From Bacteroidota bacterium (GTDB taxonomy: Bacteria; Bacteroidota; Bacteroidia; Chitinophagales; Chitinophagaceae): a stretch of 64,000 bases of DNA. Under the pieces are notes generated by a model that had not been told where the DNA came from, did not search any database, and saw only the letters and a list, made by a program, of their open reading frames with translations. Every line of letters begins with the position of its first letter. Positions within the stretch are counted from its first letter, which is position 1. The stretch lies in NCBI GenBank assembly GCA_018267585.1, contig JAFDYE010000482.1:14380-78379 (forward strand), written 5' to 3'. Shown piece after piece: positions 8,240-17,183 of the stretch. The position numbers and the translations under genes are program-made.

Positions 8240-8866
8240 ATGAAAATCTTTATTGTCCACACAGCACTCGCAGCATTGAGCCTGCTCCCTTTCCGATTAC
8301 TGGCCCAGTCGGATAATACAGTCGCCGAACCCAAAAATGGCGACCATTTGTACCTGGACGTCCACCACCTTGGTCCGGGTAAGGTCACAGCGTCGGCAGT
8401 CGCAGAGGCACACGCAAAGGATCTGGCTGTTCAAAGGAAATACGGGGTGCATTTTCTCAAATATTGGGTCGACGAAACCGGGGGAGATGTTTACTGCCTT
8501 TCTTCTTCTGCTGATACCCAATCTATACGCAGAACGCACGCTGAAGCACATGGCCTGCTCCCGGATCAGATATATCCGGTAACCGAAGGTAAGGAGTCGG
8601 CCACAAACGGTGAAAAGAATTTCTACCTCGATATCCACGACTTCGGCACCCAAAAGGTTACTCCCCGGGACGTGGCCGCGGCCCACCAGAAGGACCTGGC
8701 GGTAGAAGGCAAGTATGGCGTGAACTTTATCAACTACTGGGTCAATGGAGGCATGGTCGTCTGCCTGTCCCAGGCTCCGGATTCCTCAGCCGTGATCAAC
8801 ACGCACAAGGAAGCCCATGGACTTATTCCGCAACACATTATGCAGGTCAAACCGGGGGAGAAATAA
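8240..8866 (+). CDS. Exported tandem DUF4242 (SCO4226-like putative metal-binding) protein
   Basis: Signal peptide (LLA-QS) followed by two copies, offset 91 aa, of YLD[VI]H...A.AH.KDLAV..KYGV.F..YWV...V.CLS......TH.EAHGL.P..I..V. Confidence 0.85.
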   Translation: MKIFIVHTALAALSLLPFRLLAQSDNTVAEPKNGDHLYLDVHHLGPGKVTASAVAEAHAKDLAVQRKYGVHFLKYWVDETGGDVYCLSSSADTQSIRRTHAEAHGLLPDQIYPVTEGKESATNGEKNFYLDIHDFGTQKVTPRDVAAAHQKDLAVEGKYGVNFINYWVNGGMVVCLSQAPDSSAVINTHKEAHGLIPQHIMQVKPGEK

Positions 8867-8876
8867 CCTCCCCCCA

Positions 8877-9356
8877 TTATCCTGTTTTTTTATGCGAACG
8901 CGCCCTCTCAAAAAAACTTCTCTCCCTCAACCGCGCCTCCACCTCAATAATGGCCTTCATAAGATTGTTGCGCGTGTTGGTAATCTCCTCAATGGCCTCG
9001 GTCATGATCTTCCATACGGGCTCCATCTCCTGAACCAGCTGCTTACCCTTGTCCGAGAGCCGCAAGATCCGTTTGCGCTCATCCTGCCTGTCCTTCCTGC
9101 TAAGGATCAGCCTTTCCTTCTCCAGCTCTTTCAACAGACTGATCGTAGAAGGATGAGCATAGCCGATCTCCGCCGCCAGCTCGACAACACCAAGCCCCGG
9201 TTTACGATAAAGAGTGTAAATGACAGGAAACCACTTGGGCTCAAAATCGATGCCGCAGTCCTTGTAGATCAGGACGCCATCCTTACGGAGCTGCTCGCTC
9301 AGGCGCTGAAGACGCGTGGAGATGGCCAGGATTCCCAATTCGTCGATGACATTCAT
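8877..9356 (-). CDS. MarR-family transcriptional regulator
   Basis: FEPKWFPVIY...LGVVELAAEIGYAHPSTISLLKELEKERLI...QDERKRILRLSDKG winged helix. Confidence 0.88.
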   Translation of the reverse strand: MNVIDELGILAISTRLQRLSEQLRKDGVLIYKDCGIDFEPKWFPVIYTLYRKPGLGVVELAAEIGYAHPSTISLLKELEKERLILSRKDRQDERKRILRLSDKGKQLVQEMEPVWKIMTEAIEEITNTRNNLMKAIIEVEARLRERSFFERARSHKKTG

Positions 9357-9368
9357 GGCGCTGCGGTA

Positions 9369-10007
9369 TTACAGGTGTAAATGGTAAAATAGATGATCGG
9401 TTGGCATACGCGGAAACCAGGAGGGCAAGGCGTCCATTTCTATCGGCCGAAAGCCGTTGCGCTCGTAAAAGCGATGCGCAGCCTTCATCTGGCCTACCGT
9501 CCCCAGATACAGATCGCTGATGCCGTTGCCCCGGCAGTGTGCCACCAGCGTATCCAGCAGCCGCTGGGCGATCGAAAGCTCCTTTCCCCGGAATTCCCTC
9601 TTTACGAACATCTTCCGGATCACGCCCGTACCATGTCCGACATTCATCAGCGCAATGCTTCCGACAACCATCGCGTCCTCCCGGCGAACTTCTTCACCCG
9701 TCCGCCCGGGGCCGGGTTGTTCCGTCGTCCCTATTCTCTTCTCCACCAGTTGTTCCGGCAGTCCGTTCTTCGCCCCTATCGTCTGCTCCGCCAGCCTCAT
9801 CCTCTCCCCCACGAGCCGTTCGCCGGCAACGGCTCCCCAAAAACCTCCCCCCGCCCGGATGTAACTCGCCTCGATATCCAGCAGGTCGGGCTGTCCCTCG
9901 ATCGTTATCGGAACCCCGAACTCTATCTGCTGGATGGGCAGGATAAGATCGATAACCTGCTGACAATAAGTATTGTTGAGCAATCTGATCAAAACCTCAT
10001 CTTCCAT
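9369..10007 (-). CDS. GNAT acetyltransferase with an internal repeat-derived insertion
   Basis: IRKMFVKREFRGKELSIAQRLL, YLGT, AAHRFYERNGF. ATG 10007 chosen because the -7 element TAGATTTG (10026..10033) overlaps the track start at 10028. Confidence 0.88.
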   Translation of the reverse strand: MEDEVLIRLLNNTYCQQVIDLILPIQQIEFGVPITIEGQPDLLDIEASYIRAGGGFWGAVAGERLVGERMRLAEQTIGAKNGLPEQLVEKRIGTTEQPGPGRTGEEVRREDAMVVGSIALMNVGHGTGVIRKMFVKREFRGKELSIAQRLLDTLVAHCRGNGISDLYLGTVGQMKAAHRFYERNGFRPIEMDALPSWFPRMPTDHLFYHLHL

Positions 10008-10025
10008 TTCAGTAATATTTATGTA

Positions 10026-10049
10026 CAAATCTACGTAGTTAACTACATA
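10026..10049 (-). promoter_or_regulatory. -7 promoter element and palindromic operator of the GNAT-MarR operon
   Basis: Perfect palindrome GTAGTTAACTAC (10035..10046) immediately upstream of TAGATTTG. Confidence 0.6.
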
Positions 10050-10074
10050 TATGCAAAAAAATGACCCCGCCGGG

Positions 10075-10821
10075 TCAGTTCATCCTCCGCGTCATCCGCC
10101 GACCCTGGGCATCGGCAGGCCCCATGACCTTATCCAGCAACTTCTCATAATCCGCGCGCGTGATCGCCTTTCCTCCGGGCGCCCTGAGTTCCTTCTCCGG
10201 TACGAAAGGATCTACCCTGGTCGCCGTGAATACGATGCCCCCGCTGTCTGCATCCAGCCGGAGGATTGCGCCCGGCAGCCCCCCAAACTTCTCCGGCCCC
10301 ACCGGGGCGGCAATATCTTCGCTGTACCAGGCTACCAGTCTGATACCTCGCATATTGGTCGCCGTTGCCTTTTTGCAGTCGTGCCCCAGAACGCTGCCCC
10401 TCTCTTCCGAAAGCTTCCACGACAGGTCTCTGATCGAATCGGAAATAAGATACTTCTTCTCCTCAAGCGTCGTCTCCTCCAAAAGCCTGCCATTCGCATG
10501 ATTCTCATAAAGAATACCGTCATCCCCCGGTCCCCCGAACCGCATGACAATACGGTTGCCGCCCCCGGAAGCTTCAAAAGGATCAGGAGCCTCGTCCTTC
10601 GGAGTGGCCTTGTAAACCGAGATGCTATCGTCAAACAACAGATCGTATGCTGCTGTTTGGAACTGGGGTACCGTCGCCCGCATCTGCGGATCAGAAAGGT
10701 GGCGGTGCACATCGATCTTTCGCTCGTAATGGATGACGCCCCGATGCACCTGCGGCGATAGCTGAGCACGCACCGCACCGGTAGCCGCCACAACACAGAA
10801 GAAGAAGAACAGGTATTTCAT
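10075..10821 (-). CDS. GLPGLI-family protein
   Basis: Signal peptide; W.L..E...VLGHDCKKAT...AWYSEDI....GPEKFGGLPGAIL. Confidence 0.9.
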   Translation of the reverse strand: MKYLFFFFCVVAATGAVRAQLSPQVHRGVIHYERKIDVHRHLSDPQMRATVPQFQTAAYDLLFDDSISVYKATPKDEAPDPFEASGGGNRIVMRFGGPGDDGILYENHANGRLLEETTLEEKKYLISDSIRDLSWKLSEERGSVLGHDCKKATATNMRGIRLVAWYSEDIAAPVGPEKFGGLPGAILRLDADSGGIVFTATRVDPFVPEKELRAPGGKAITRADYEKLLDKVMGPADAQGRRMTRRMN

Positions 10822-10841
10822 GTTTCTTGTTTTATTGTGTT

Positions 10842-10897
10842 CAAATCTATACCCCGGCTCCGTTAATCAACCCTGCTATAACGTTAATTAAGGTTAA
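10842..10897 (-). promoter_or_regulatory. Phased TTAAC repeats and -7 element upstream of GLPGLI
   Basis: Minus-strand TTAAC starting at 10897, 10887 and 10866; TAGATTTG at 10842..10849. Confidence 0.5.
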
Positions 10898-10937
10898 TCC
10901 TCTTTTCCGGCCGCTATCTTGCCTATCTTTACTGCTG

Positions 10938-12455
10938 ATGAAAATTCGATCCTTTATACCAGGCTCGCGCAGACTACGGGTCTCCGCCACCTTGATGATG
11001 CTCGCGATCATCGGGATGTCCGTCTTCCAGGTATACTGGTTTAAAAAACTTTATGGGGAAGAATGGGCCCAGCTAAAAAAAGAGACGGAGATCACCTTCA
11101 GAGACGTCATCTATAAAATACAGATACAGCGCTTTCAAAACGATAGCAGTTTCACCCGCAGGCAAATCAGGAACAATCTCTACCTGTTCGACATCATCGA
11201 CAGCTTTGACACCCCTCGTCAAAAGACAGGGCCGGCAACCGGACTTGTCATCAGAAAGGATAGCGGCCACTCGAAAGACCTCATGCTGGCCTTGAAGGCG
11301 AATTTTCACGCGGACACCCTGAACCATGATACTCCGGAGAAAAGGATGATCTCCATGCAAACCATCGGCCCTCCCCCCGGCCCCGACGGCCAGATGCCCT
11401 TGATGATAAGGGTCATAACCCCGGCAGACAGCGGCAGCAACACCCTTTCGATCGGCCATCTGGACTCCGCTTATAAAACAGAGCTCCTCAAAAACAGGAT
11501 CGACGTACCCTATGTCATGCTGCGGGTGGAAGGTAGACGCAGTGCCCTCGAACAACCGGTACCCGCCAACCAGCTGAAAACAAGTTGCCTCTTCATCGGT
11601 CTCTCAAACGTTTTTGCCTATCAGGCCAGCTTTGACAACCCTTTCCGCTATATCCTTCACCGGCTGCGCCTGCCACTGTCCATGGCCGTCCTCCTCCTGG
11701 CCTTTACGACCGCGTCGTTCGTCTTCCTTTACCGCAACCTCAAACAGCAGCAGCAGCTGGCCGTCATAAAAAACGATTTTATCAGCAATATGACACACGA
11801 GCTGAAAACACCCATTTCGACCGTCAAAGTGGCCGTAGAAGCGTTGCGCCACTTTGACGCGCTGAATGACCCGCAGAAGACAAGGGAATACCTCGATATC
11901 TCCGCACTCGAGCTTCAACGGCTGTCCCTGCTCGTCGACAAAGTGCTGAAGCTGTCTTCCTTCGAAAACAAAGAGATCGAGTTGAACAAGACGGACGTAG
12001 ACCTCCACGAGCTGGCGGCAGAGACCATTGCCAGCATGCGGCTGCAGCTGGAAAAGACGGCGGCATTCGTACAACTCACCACCAGCGGTGAACGCTGGAT
12101 AGTCAAGGCGGACCGAACCCATATGAGCAGCGTATTTTCCAATCTGCTGGATAACGCGCTCAAATACTGTAAGGAAATTCCGGTGATCACCATCCATCTT
12201 TCGGAAAATACCGGACCGGCAGCATCGGTCGATGTAGCCTTCACCGACAACGGGATAGGCATACCACCCGGGTACATCTCGCGGATATTCGAAAAATTCT
12301 TCCGTGTCCCTTCCGGCGACCACCATGACATTAAAGGCTACGGACTCGGCCTGAGCTATGTCCATCACATCGTGACCAGGCACAACGGCTCGATCGCGGT
12401 AGAAAGCAAAGAAGGAAAGGGGACCAGCTTCACCATCAAACTGCCCGTCGCATGA
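10938..12455 (+). CDS. Membrane sensor histidine kinase (HisKA + HATPase_c)
   Basis: Two TM segments; FISNMTHELKTP, NLLDNALKY, DNGIGI, IFEKFFRV, GYGLGL. ATG 10938 follows TATCTTTA. Confidence 0.92.
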   Translation: MKIRSFIPGSRRLRVSATLMMLAIIGMSVFQVYWFKKLYGEEWAQLKKETEITFRDVIYKIQIQRFQNDSSFTRRQIRNNLYLFDIIDSFDTPRQKTGPATGLVIRKDSGHSKDLMLALKANFHADTLNHDTPEKRMISMQTIGPPPGPDGQMPLMIRVITPADSGSNTLSIGHLDSAYKTELLKNRIDVPYVMLRVEGRRSALEQPVPANQLKTSCLFIGLSNVFAYQASFDNPFRYILHRLRLPLSMAVLLLAFTTASFVFLYRNLKQQQQLAVIKNDFISNMTHELKTPISTVKVAVEALRHFDALNDPQKTREYLDISALELQRLSLLVDKVLKLSSFENKEIELNKTDVDLHELAAETIASMRLQLEKTAAFVQLTTSGERWIVKADRTHMSSVFSNLLDNALKYCKEIPVITIHLSENTGPAASVDVAFTDNGIGIPPGYISRIFEKFFRVPSGDHHDIKGYGLGLSYVHHIVTRHNGSIAVESKEGKGTSFTIKLPVA

Positions 12456-12515
12456 CTTTCACCTCCCCAAAACCACCCATCACATGAATTTTATCTCCCC
12501 AAAACCTCCCATCAC

Positions 12516-13310
12516 ATGAGCGCGATTAAGGTCTTATATGCCGAAGACGAGATCTTTTTAGGCAAGATCGTCAAAGAGACGCTCGAGAGCCGGGGATTCG
12601 AGGTAGTAATGGTAACCGACGGCGCTGCCGTGCTGAGCGCATTTACCAGCAGCGCTCCGGACGTCTGCGTATTGGACGTAATGCTGCCGGGCCGCAACGG
12701 TTTTGAGCTGGCGACCGATATCCGTGCTATCAACGACGACATCCCCATCATTTTCCTAACCGCAAAGACCCAGACAGAAGATCTTATCAAAGGGTTCCGC
12801 ACCGGCGGAAATGACTACATCCGAAAACCATTCAGCATGGAAGAGCTGATCATCCGCATCGAGAACGTACTGCGCATCAGACGTTCCGGCCCTTCGGCAG
12901 CCCCCGCTGCAGAGACCATCGCCATCGGCAGGTATACCTTCCATACCCACCGGCAGGTATTGGCTTATCCTCACCCTCCGGGCTTGGATCACCCTCTCCA
13001 CCAGCCACTGTTGGATCACACGCCTCACCGGCTACCGGCGAATCAGCCCCTCCACCAGCCATTGACGGAAGGAGACTATGAACGCAAGCTTTCCTACAGG
13101 GAGAGCGAGCTGCTAAAGCAACTGTGGATAGGAAGGGACCATATCATACCACGCGAAGACATCCTCCGCGCCATATGGGGCAACGACTCCTTCCTCAACA
13201 GCCGCAACCTGGACGTTTATATTACAAAGCTGCGCAGCTATCTGAGATACGACAGCCGGATCGAGATACTGACGATAAAGGGCGTCGGCTACAGATTCGT
13301 GCTGCCCTAG
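12516..13310 (+). CDS. OmpR/PhoB-family response regulator with a His/Pro insertion
   Basis: YAEDE, LDVMLPGRNG, FLTAK, DYIRKPF; C-terminal LSYRESELL...SRNLDVYITKLR...IKGVGYRF. Confidence 0.93.
   Translation: MSAIKVLYAEDEIFLGKIVKETLESRGFEVVMVTDGAAVLSAFTSSAPDVCVLDVMLPGRNGFELATDIRAINDDIPIIFLTAKTQTEDLIKGFRTGGNDYIRKPFSMEELIIRIENVLRIRRSGPSAAPAAETIAIGRYTFHTHRQVLAYPHPPGLDHPLHQPLLDHTPHRLPANQPLHQPLTEGDYERKLSYRESELLKQLWIGRDHIIPREDILRAIWGNDSFLNSRNLDVYITKLRSYLRYDSRIEILTIKGVGYRFVLP
12986..13066 (+). repeat. 3 x 27-bp imperfect in-frame tandem repeat
   Basis: ggatcaccctctccaccagccactgtt / ggatcacacgcctcaccggctaccggc / gaatcagcccctccaccagccattgac. Confidence 0.8.
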
Positions 13311-13314
13311 GATT

Positions 13315-13380
13315 TTAACCTCGCTTAACCTTTCTGACAGAATGTTAAACCTCGTCTTTTAGCACAGGCCGATAACTTCG
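13315..13380 (+). promoter_or_regulatory. Phased TTAAC repeats and -7-like element upstream of the OM barrel gene
   Basis: TTAAC at 13315 and 13325, TTAAA at 13345; TAACTTCG at 13373..13380. Confidence 0.5.
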
Positions 13381-13393
13381 GAAAAACAATTAC

Positions 13394-16210
13394 ATGCTCC
13401 GGAGTTACCTGGTTTTGACCTTCTACCTGTCCGCGCTGTCAGCTTTTTCCCAGACAATGACCATAAAAGGCCGGGTCTGCGATTCGTCTACGAACAACCC
13501 CCTTGCCTATGCGACTATATCGCTGGTCAGCGCCCGCGACACCACCCTGATCAGCTTTGTGATAGCCGATTCCGCAGGGCAGTTCCTGCTGAAAAAACCG
13601 GGGCCCGGTGATTATTTGCTTTCCGCCTCCTATGCAGGCTATCTTCCCGCATGGAGGCCGCTGCCGTACCTGTCCGGCGACGGAATTCACGAGACAGCTG
13701 ACATACACCTCGTGCCGGTCACCAACCTGCGGGACGTCCGGGTCACAGCAAGACGCCCCCCTGTTGAGATCAACAACGACACCATCGAATTCAATTCAGA
13801 GAACTTCAGGACGCAGCCAAACGCCGTGGTAGAGGACATGCTGAAAAAAATGCCTGGCGTAACCGTAGAAAGCGATGGAACGATCAAGGTCAACGGACAG
13901 ACGGTGCGTCGCATATTGGTCAATGGGAAGGAGTTCTTTACCGGCGACGTGAAAATGGCGACTAAAAATCTGAACGCCGATGCCGTGGACAAGGTACAGG
14001 TCTTCGATCGCAAAAGCGACCAGGCGGCATTTACAGGTGTCGACGACGGCAATGGCGAGAAGACGATCAATCTTAAATTGAAAAAAGACAGGAATTTCGC
14101 CACTTTTGGGAAGATCACGGCGGGAGGAGGATCGGGCTCCGGAGGTGGTCGGTATGACGCCCAAACTAATATCAATAAATTCAAGGGAGATGAACAGCTC
14201 TCCTTTTTGGGCATGGCCAACAACACTAACCGGCAAGGCTTCTCGCTGATGGACGTCCTGAACTTTACCGGCGAACTGTCTCGCGGGATGCGCAACGGCG
14301 GTGGCAGAATAAATATCCAGTCAGGAAACGCCGGCAGCAACAACGGACTCCCCGTGACCGGGCTCGGGCAAAACCAGCAGGGCGTCGCCAGGACATCCGC
14401 GGGCGGTCTAAACTACAACAATTCCTGGGACAGCGGCAAAGGGTCCTTGAACTCCAACTACACGGTCAGCAATATACGCCTGGTAACCAACAAAACATCT
14501 CTTTCACAGAACTTGGCGCCCGGGAATAATTATACGACTCAGGACACGACGGGCACGGTATACGAGGTCACCCAGCACCGGCTGGCCGCTATCCTCGACC
14601 AGCAGCTGGGCAGCAGCACATCCTTCCGGCTGACGCCTTCCATGACCTGGCAGCACTCCGGGAAAAATGCCGCCGACCGCTACGCCAGTCAGACATCGGA
14701 CGGCCAGCTGCTGAATGACGGTTTCAGCGACAACGGAACAAACCCCTCTGCCTTCGATTTTTCGACCGAACTGCTGCTAAGGCATCGCCTTGCAAAAAAG
14801 GGTAGAACTATATCCGGAGACTTCAATATCGCCTACAATCATAGCAGGCAGGATGGCAGCCAGATCTCGGATAACCAGTACTATCGCGGCACCGACTCTC
14901 TGATCGATCAGATCACAGGCCGTGACGCGACCACCAGAACCCTGGGCGGCAATATCACCTACACCGAACCGATCGGCCGGCGTTCACTGCTTGCCCTGAG
15001 CAGCTTCCTCAACGTCAATACGGGCGCCAGCAACAAGCAAACCTTTGACTACAACCCCGGTTCGGGAAAACATGACATGCCGAACTCCCTGCTGAGCAAC
15101 GATTTTGGCAGCGAATACCGCTACTCCGGCGGAGGCATCAGCTTCCGAAGCAACCAAAAAAAGTTGAATATCACCGTCGGCGCCAATATACAGTCGGCAT
15201 CGCTGAACGCTACCAACCATTCAAGCGGCTCATACATCCGCCAATCGTTCACCGACCTCCTGCCCAACGCTATCTTTCAATACAATTTTTCTCAGACAAG
15301 AAATCTCCGGTTCGACTATAGCACCTACACCACACAGCCATCCGTCACCCAGTTGCAGCCAGTGCCGGATATCAGCAATCCCCTGAACACCACTACAGGT
15401 AATCCGACCCTCAAAAGAAGCTATACTCACAGCGTTTCGCTCAACTATTTCTCGGCCAGCCCTACCCGGGGGAGACACCTTCTCTTTTTTTTCAATGCCA
15501 CAGACGCCCTCGACGCCATCGTACAAAGCGACTCCGTCAGCTCCGTAGGCACAAGGACAAGCCGTCCCGTTAACACCAATGGCACAGGCAATCTTCTGAC
15601 CAATCTGGAGTATGGCTTCCCGATCCGCGCACTGCACGCCCGGCTCGAGCTGGGCAGCTTCTTTATTTATAGCCTTAATAAGGCCTTTGTCAACGGCGCA
15701 GCCAACAGGATCACCTCCACCACCCTGCGTCCCAACCTCTCCTTCGACTATGACATAGCAGATAAATTTGATCTTGAGCTGACCGCTTCCGTATCCTTCT
15801 ATACAGGCACCTATTCTTTGCAGCCGGCGCTGAACACCCACTACCTCCGGCACAATTATGGAGCGACAACCACCAACTACCTGCCCCTGGGCTTCTCGCT
15901 TCACAACGAGTTCTCCTATATACTCAATACCGGCAGGTCAGATGGATACAATACCAACATTCCCCTCTGGAATATCTCGCTTGCCAGACCTTTTCTAAAG
16001 AATGACCGGGCCGAGATCAAGCTAGGCGTCATGGACCTGCTGGATAGGAATAACGGGATCACCCGCAGCATTAACCAGGGAAATATCCTCGACGAAAGAT
16101 ATAATGTGCTACACCGCTACTTCCTGCTGAGTCTCACCTACAGCCTCAACAAAGCGGGCCTGCGGACAAAAGGAGGACCCAATATTAAAATAAGGAGTTT
16201 TGATAGATGA
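13394..16210 (+). CDS. Outer-membrane beta-barrel protein (TonB-dependent-receptor-like, carboxypeptidase-regulatory-like N-domain)
   Basis: Signal peptide; DTIEFN..NFRTQPNAVVEDMLKKMPGV; KNLNADAVDKVQVFD; C-terminal RYFLLSLTYSL. Confidence 0.88.
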   Translation: MLRSYLVLTFYLSALSAFSQTMTIKGRVCDSSTNNPLAYATISLVSARDTTLISFVIADSAGQFLLKKPGPGDYLLSASYAGYLPAWRPLPYLSGDGIHETADIHLVPVTNLRDVRVTARRPPVEINNDTIEFNSENFRTQPNAVVEDMLKKMPGVTVESDGTIKVNGQTVRRILVNGKEFFTGDVKMATKNLNADAVDKVQVFDRKSDQAAFTGVDDGNGEKTINLKLKKDRNFATFGKITAGGGSGSGGGRYDAQTNINKFKGDEQLSFLGMANNTNRQGFSLMDVLNFTGELSRGMRNGGGRINIQSGNAGSNNGLPVTGLGQNQQGVARTSAGGLNYNNSWDSGKGSLNSNYTVSNIRLVTNKTSLSQNLAPGNNYTTQDTTGTVYEVTQHRLAAILDQQLGSSTSFRLTPSMTWQHSGKNAADRYASQTSDGQLLNDGFSDNGTNPSAFDFSTELLLRHRLAKKGRTISGDFNIAYNHSRQDGSQISDNQYYRGTDSLIDQITGRDATTRTLGGNITYTEPIGRRSLLALSSFLNVNTGASNKQTFDYNPGSGKHDMPNSLLSNDFGSEYRYSGGGISFRSNQKKLNITVGANIQSASLNATNHSSGSYIRQSFTDLLPNAIFQYNFSQTRNLRFDYSTYTTQPSVTQLQPVPDISNPLNTTTGNPTLKRSYTHSVSLNYFSASPTRGRHLLFFFNATDALDAIVQSDSVSSVGTRTSRPVNTNGTGNLLTNLEYGFPIRALHARLELGSFFIYSLNKAFVNGAANRITSTTLRPNLSFDYDIADKFDLELTASVSFYTGTYSLQPALNTHYLRHNYGATTTNYLPLGFSLHNEFSYILNTGRSDGYNTNIPLWNISLARPFLKNDRAEIKLGVMDLLDRNNGITRSINQGNILDERYNVLHRYFLLSLTYSLNKAGLRTKGGPNIKIRSFDR

Positions 16211-16224
16211 GCGCTGCTTATAAT

Positions 16225-17163
16225 TTATTTTGCCGGGGTCAGCACAATATTTCTATATTCGATTGGCCCGTGATCGCCCTGCAGATAGATGGGGCCCGGC
16301 TCGCCTTCCCTGCTGTCAAGCGCACCACCCGTAATACCAGGTATCTCCTGGTTACAGATGACCGTCTTGCCATTGAATACGATCGTGACCAGCCTCCCGA
16401 CCAGGGTAATATCGTAGGTCTGCCACTCCCCCGCCTTCTTCACGCGCTGCTCGCTGGGCGAAAGAAAGCCATAGACGCCGCTGATCTGGTTATTGTAAGG
16501 CTCCGTTCCGTCTTCGTCCTCGATCTGCACCTCATAACGGCCCCTCAGATAGACGCCGCTGTTGCTTTCCCTGGGATAACGGAATTCGATATGAAGCTTG
16601 AAGTCGGTATACTTTCCGTCCGTGATGAAATTGGAGCCTGACCTCGGACTTCTCAGCACACCCGAGACGGCCTCCCACTGGTTGGTCTTGCCGGACGGAT
16701 GCCAGCCCTGAAGGTCCTTGCCGTTGAACAGAGGGATCGGCTTGCCCCATATCGGTGCCGTGGTCCGCTGCAGCTTGGGAGCCCGGTGAGCCGACCATTG
16801 ATAGGATTTGCCGTCGGGGTTGGTCAGCGTCCCGCTCAGACTATCTCCCCGGAACGTACCTTCGACGGTAAGATCGTTATCGCTACGCTCCCACTGCGGA
16901 GGTATGGAGAAATGAAACTTACCGGCATCATAATAGATCTTTGAGATAGGACGGGCGCTGCCGCCACCGCCGACAAAACGGCCAACCAGCGTGTGTACAC
17001 CCGAGCGGATGACCTCCAGCCAGGAAGGAACTTCGCGGTCGGACTGGTGAACAACGATGTCCCATCGTCCCTCAATAGTGGAATCTGTCGGATAATAGCC
17101 GGCGTGGGCAACAGAAATACAGAACAGCAACGGGAAGGCAAGCATGCCAATGGCCTTTTTCAT
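16225..17163 (-). CDS. DUF1080 (3-keto-glycoside hydrolase-like) exported protein
   Basis: LFNGKDLQGW, DFKLHIEF, NSGVYLRG, YEVQI, GEWQTYDI, GPIYLQGDHGPIEYRNI. Confidence 0.9.
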   Translation of the reverse strand: MKKAIGMLAFPLLFCISVAHAGYYPTDSTIEGRWDIVVHQSDREVPSWLEVIRSGVHTLVGRFVGGGGSARPISKIYYDAGKFHFSIPPQWERSDNDLTVEGTFRGDSLSGTLTNPDGKSYQWSAHRAPKLQRTTAPIWGKPIPLFNGKDLQGWHPSGKTNQWEAVSGVLRSPRSGSNFITDGKYTDFKLHIEFRYPRESNSGVYLRGRYEVQIEDEDGTEPYNNQISGVYGFLSPSEQRVKKAGEWQTYDITLVGRLVTIVFNGKTVICNQEIPGITGGALDSREGEPGPIYLQGDHGPIEYRNIVLTPAK

Positions 17164-17183
17164 AGTTGTGAATGTACGTAATT

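Noticed and set aside
8877-10007. Split or frameshifted MarR-GNAT fusion
   Set aside because: Both ORFs are complete with their own starts and stops, and the order is GNAT then MarR.
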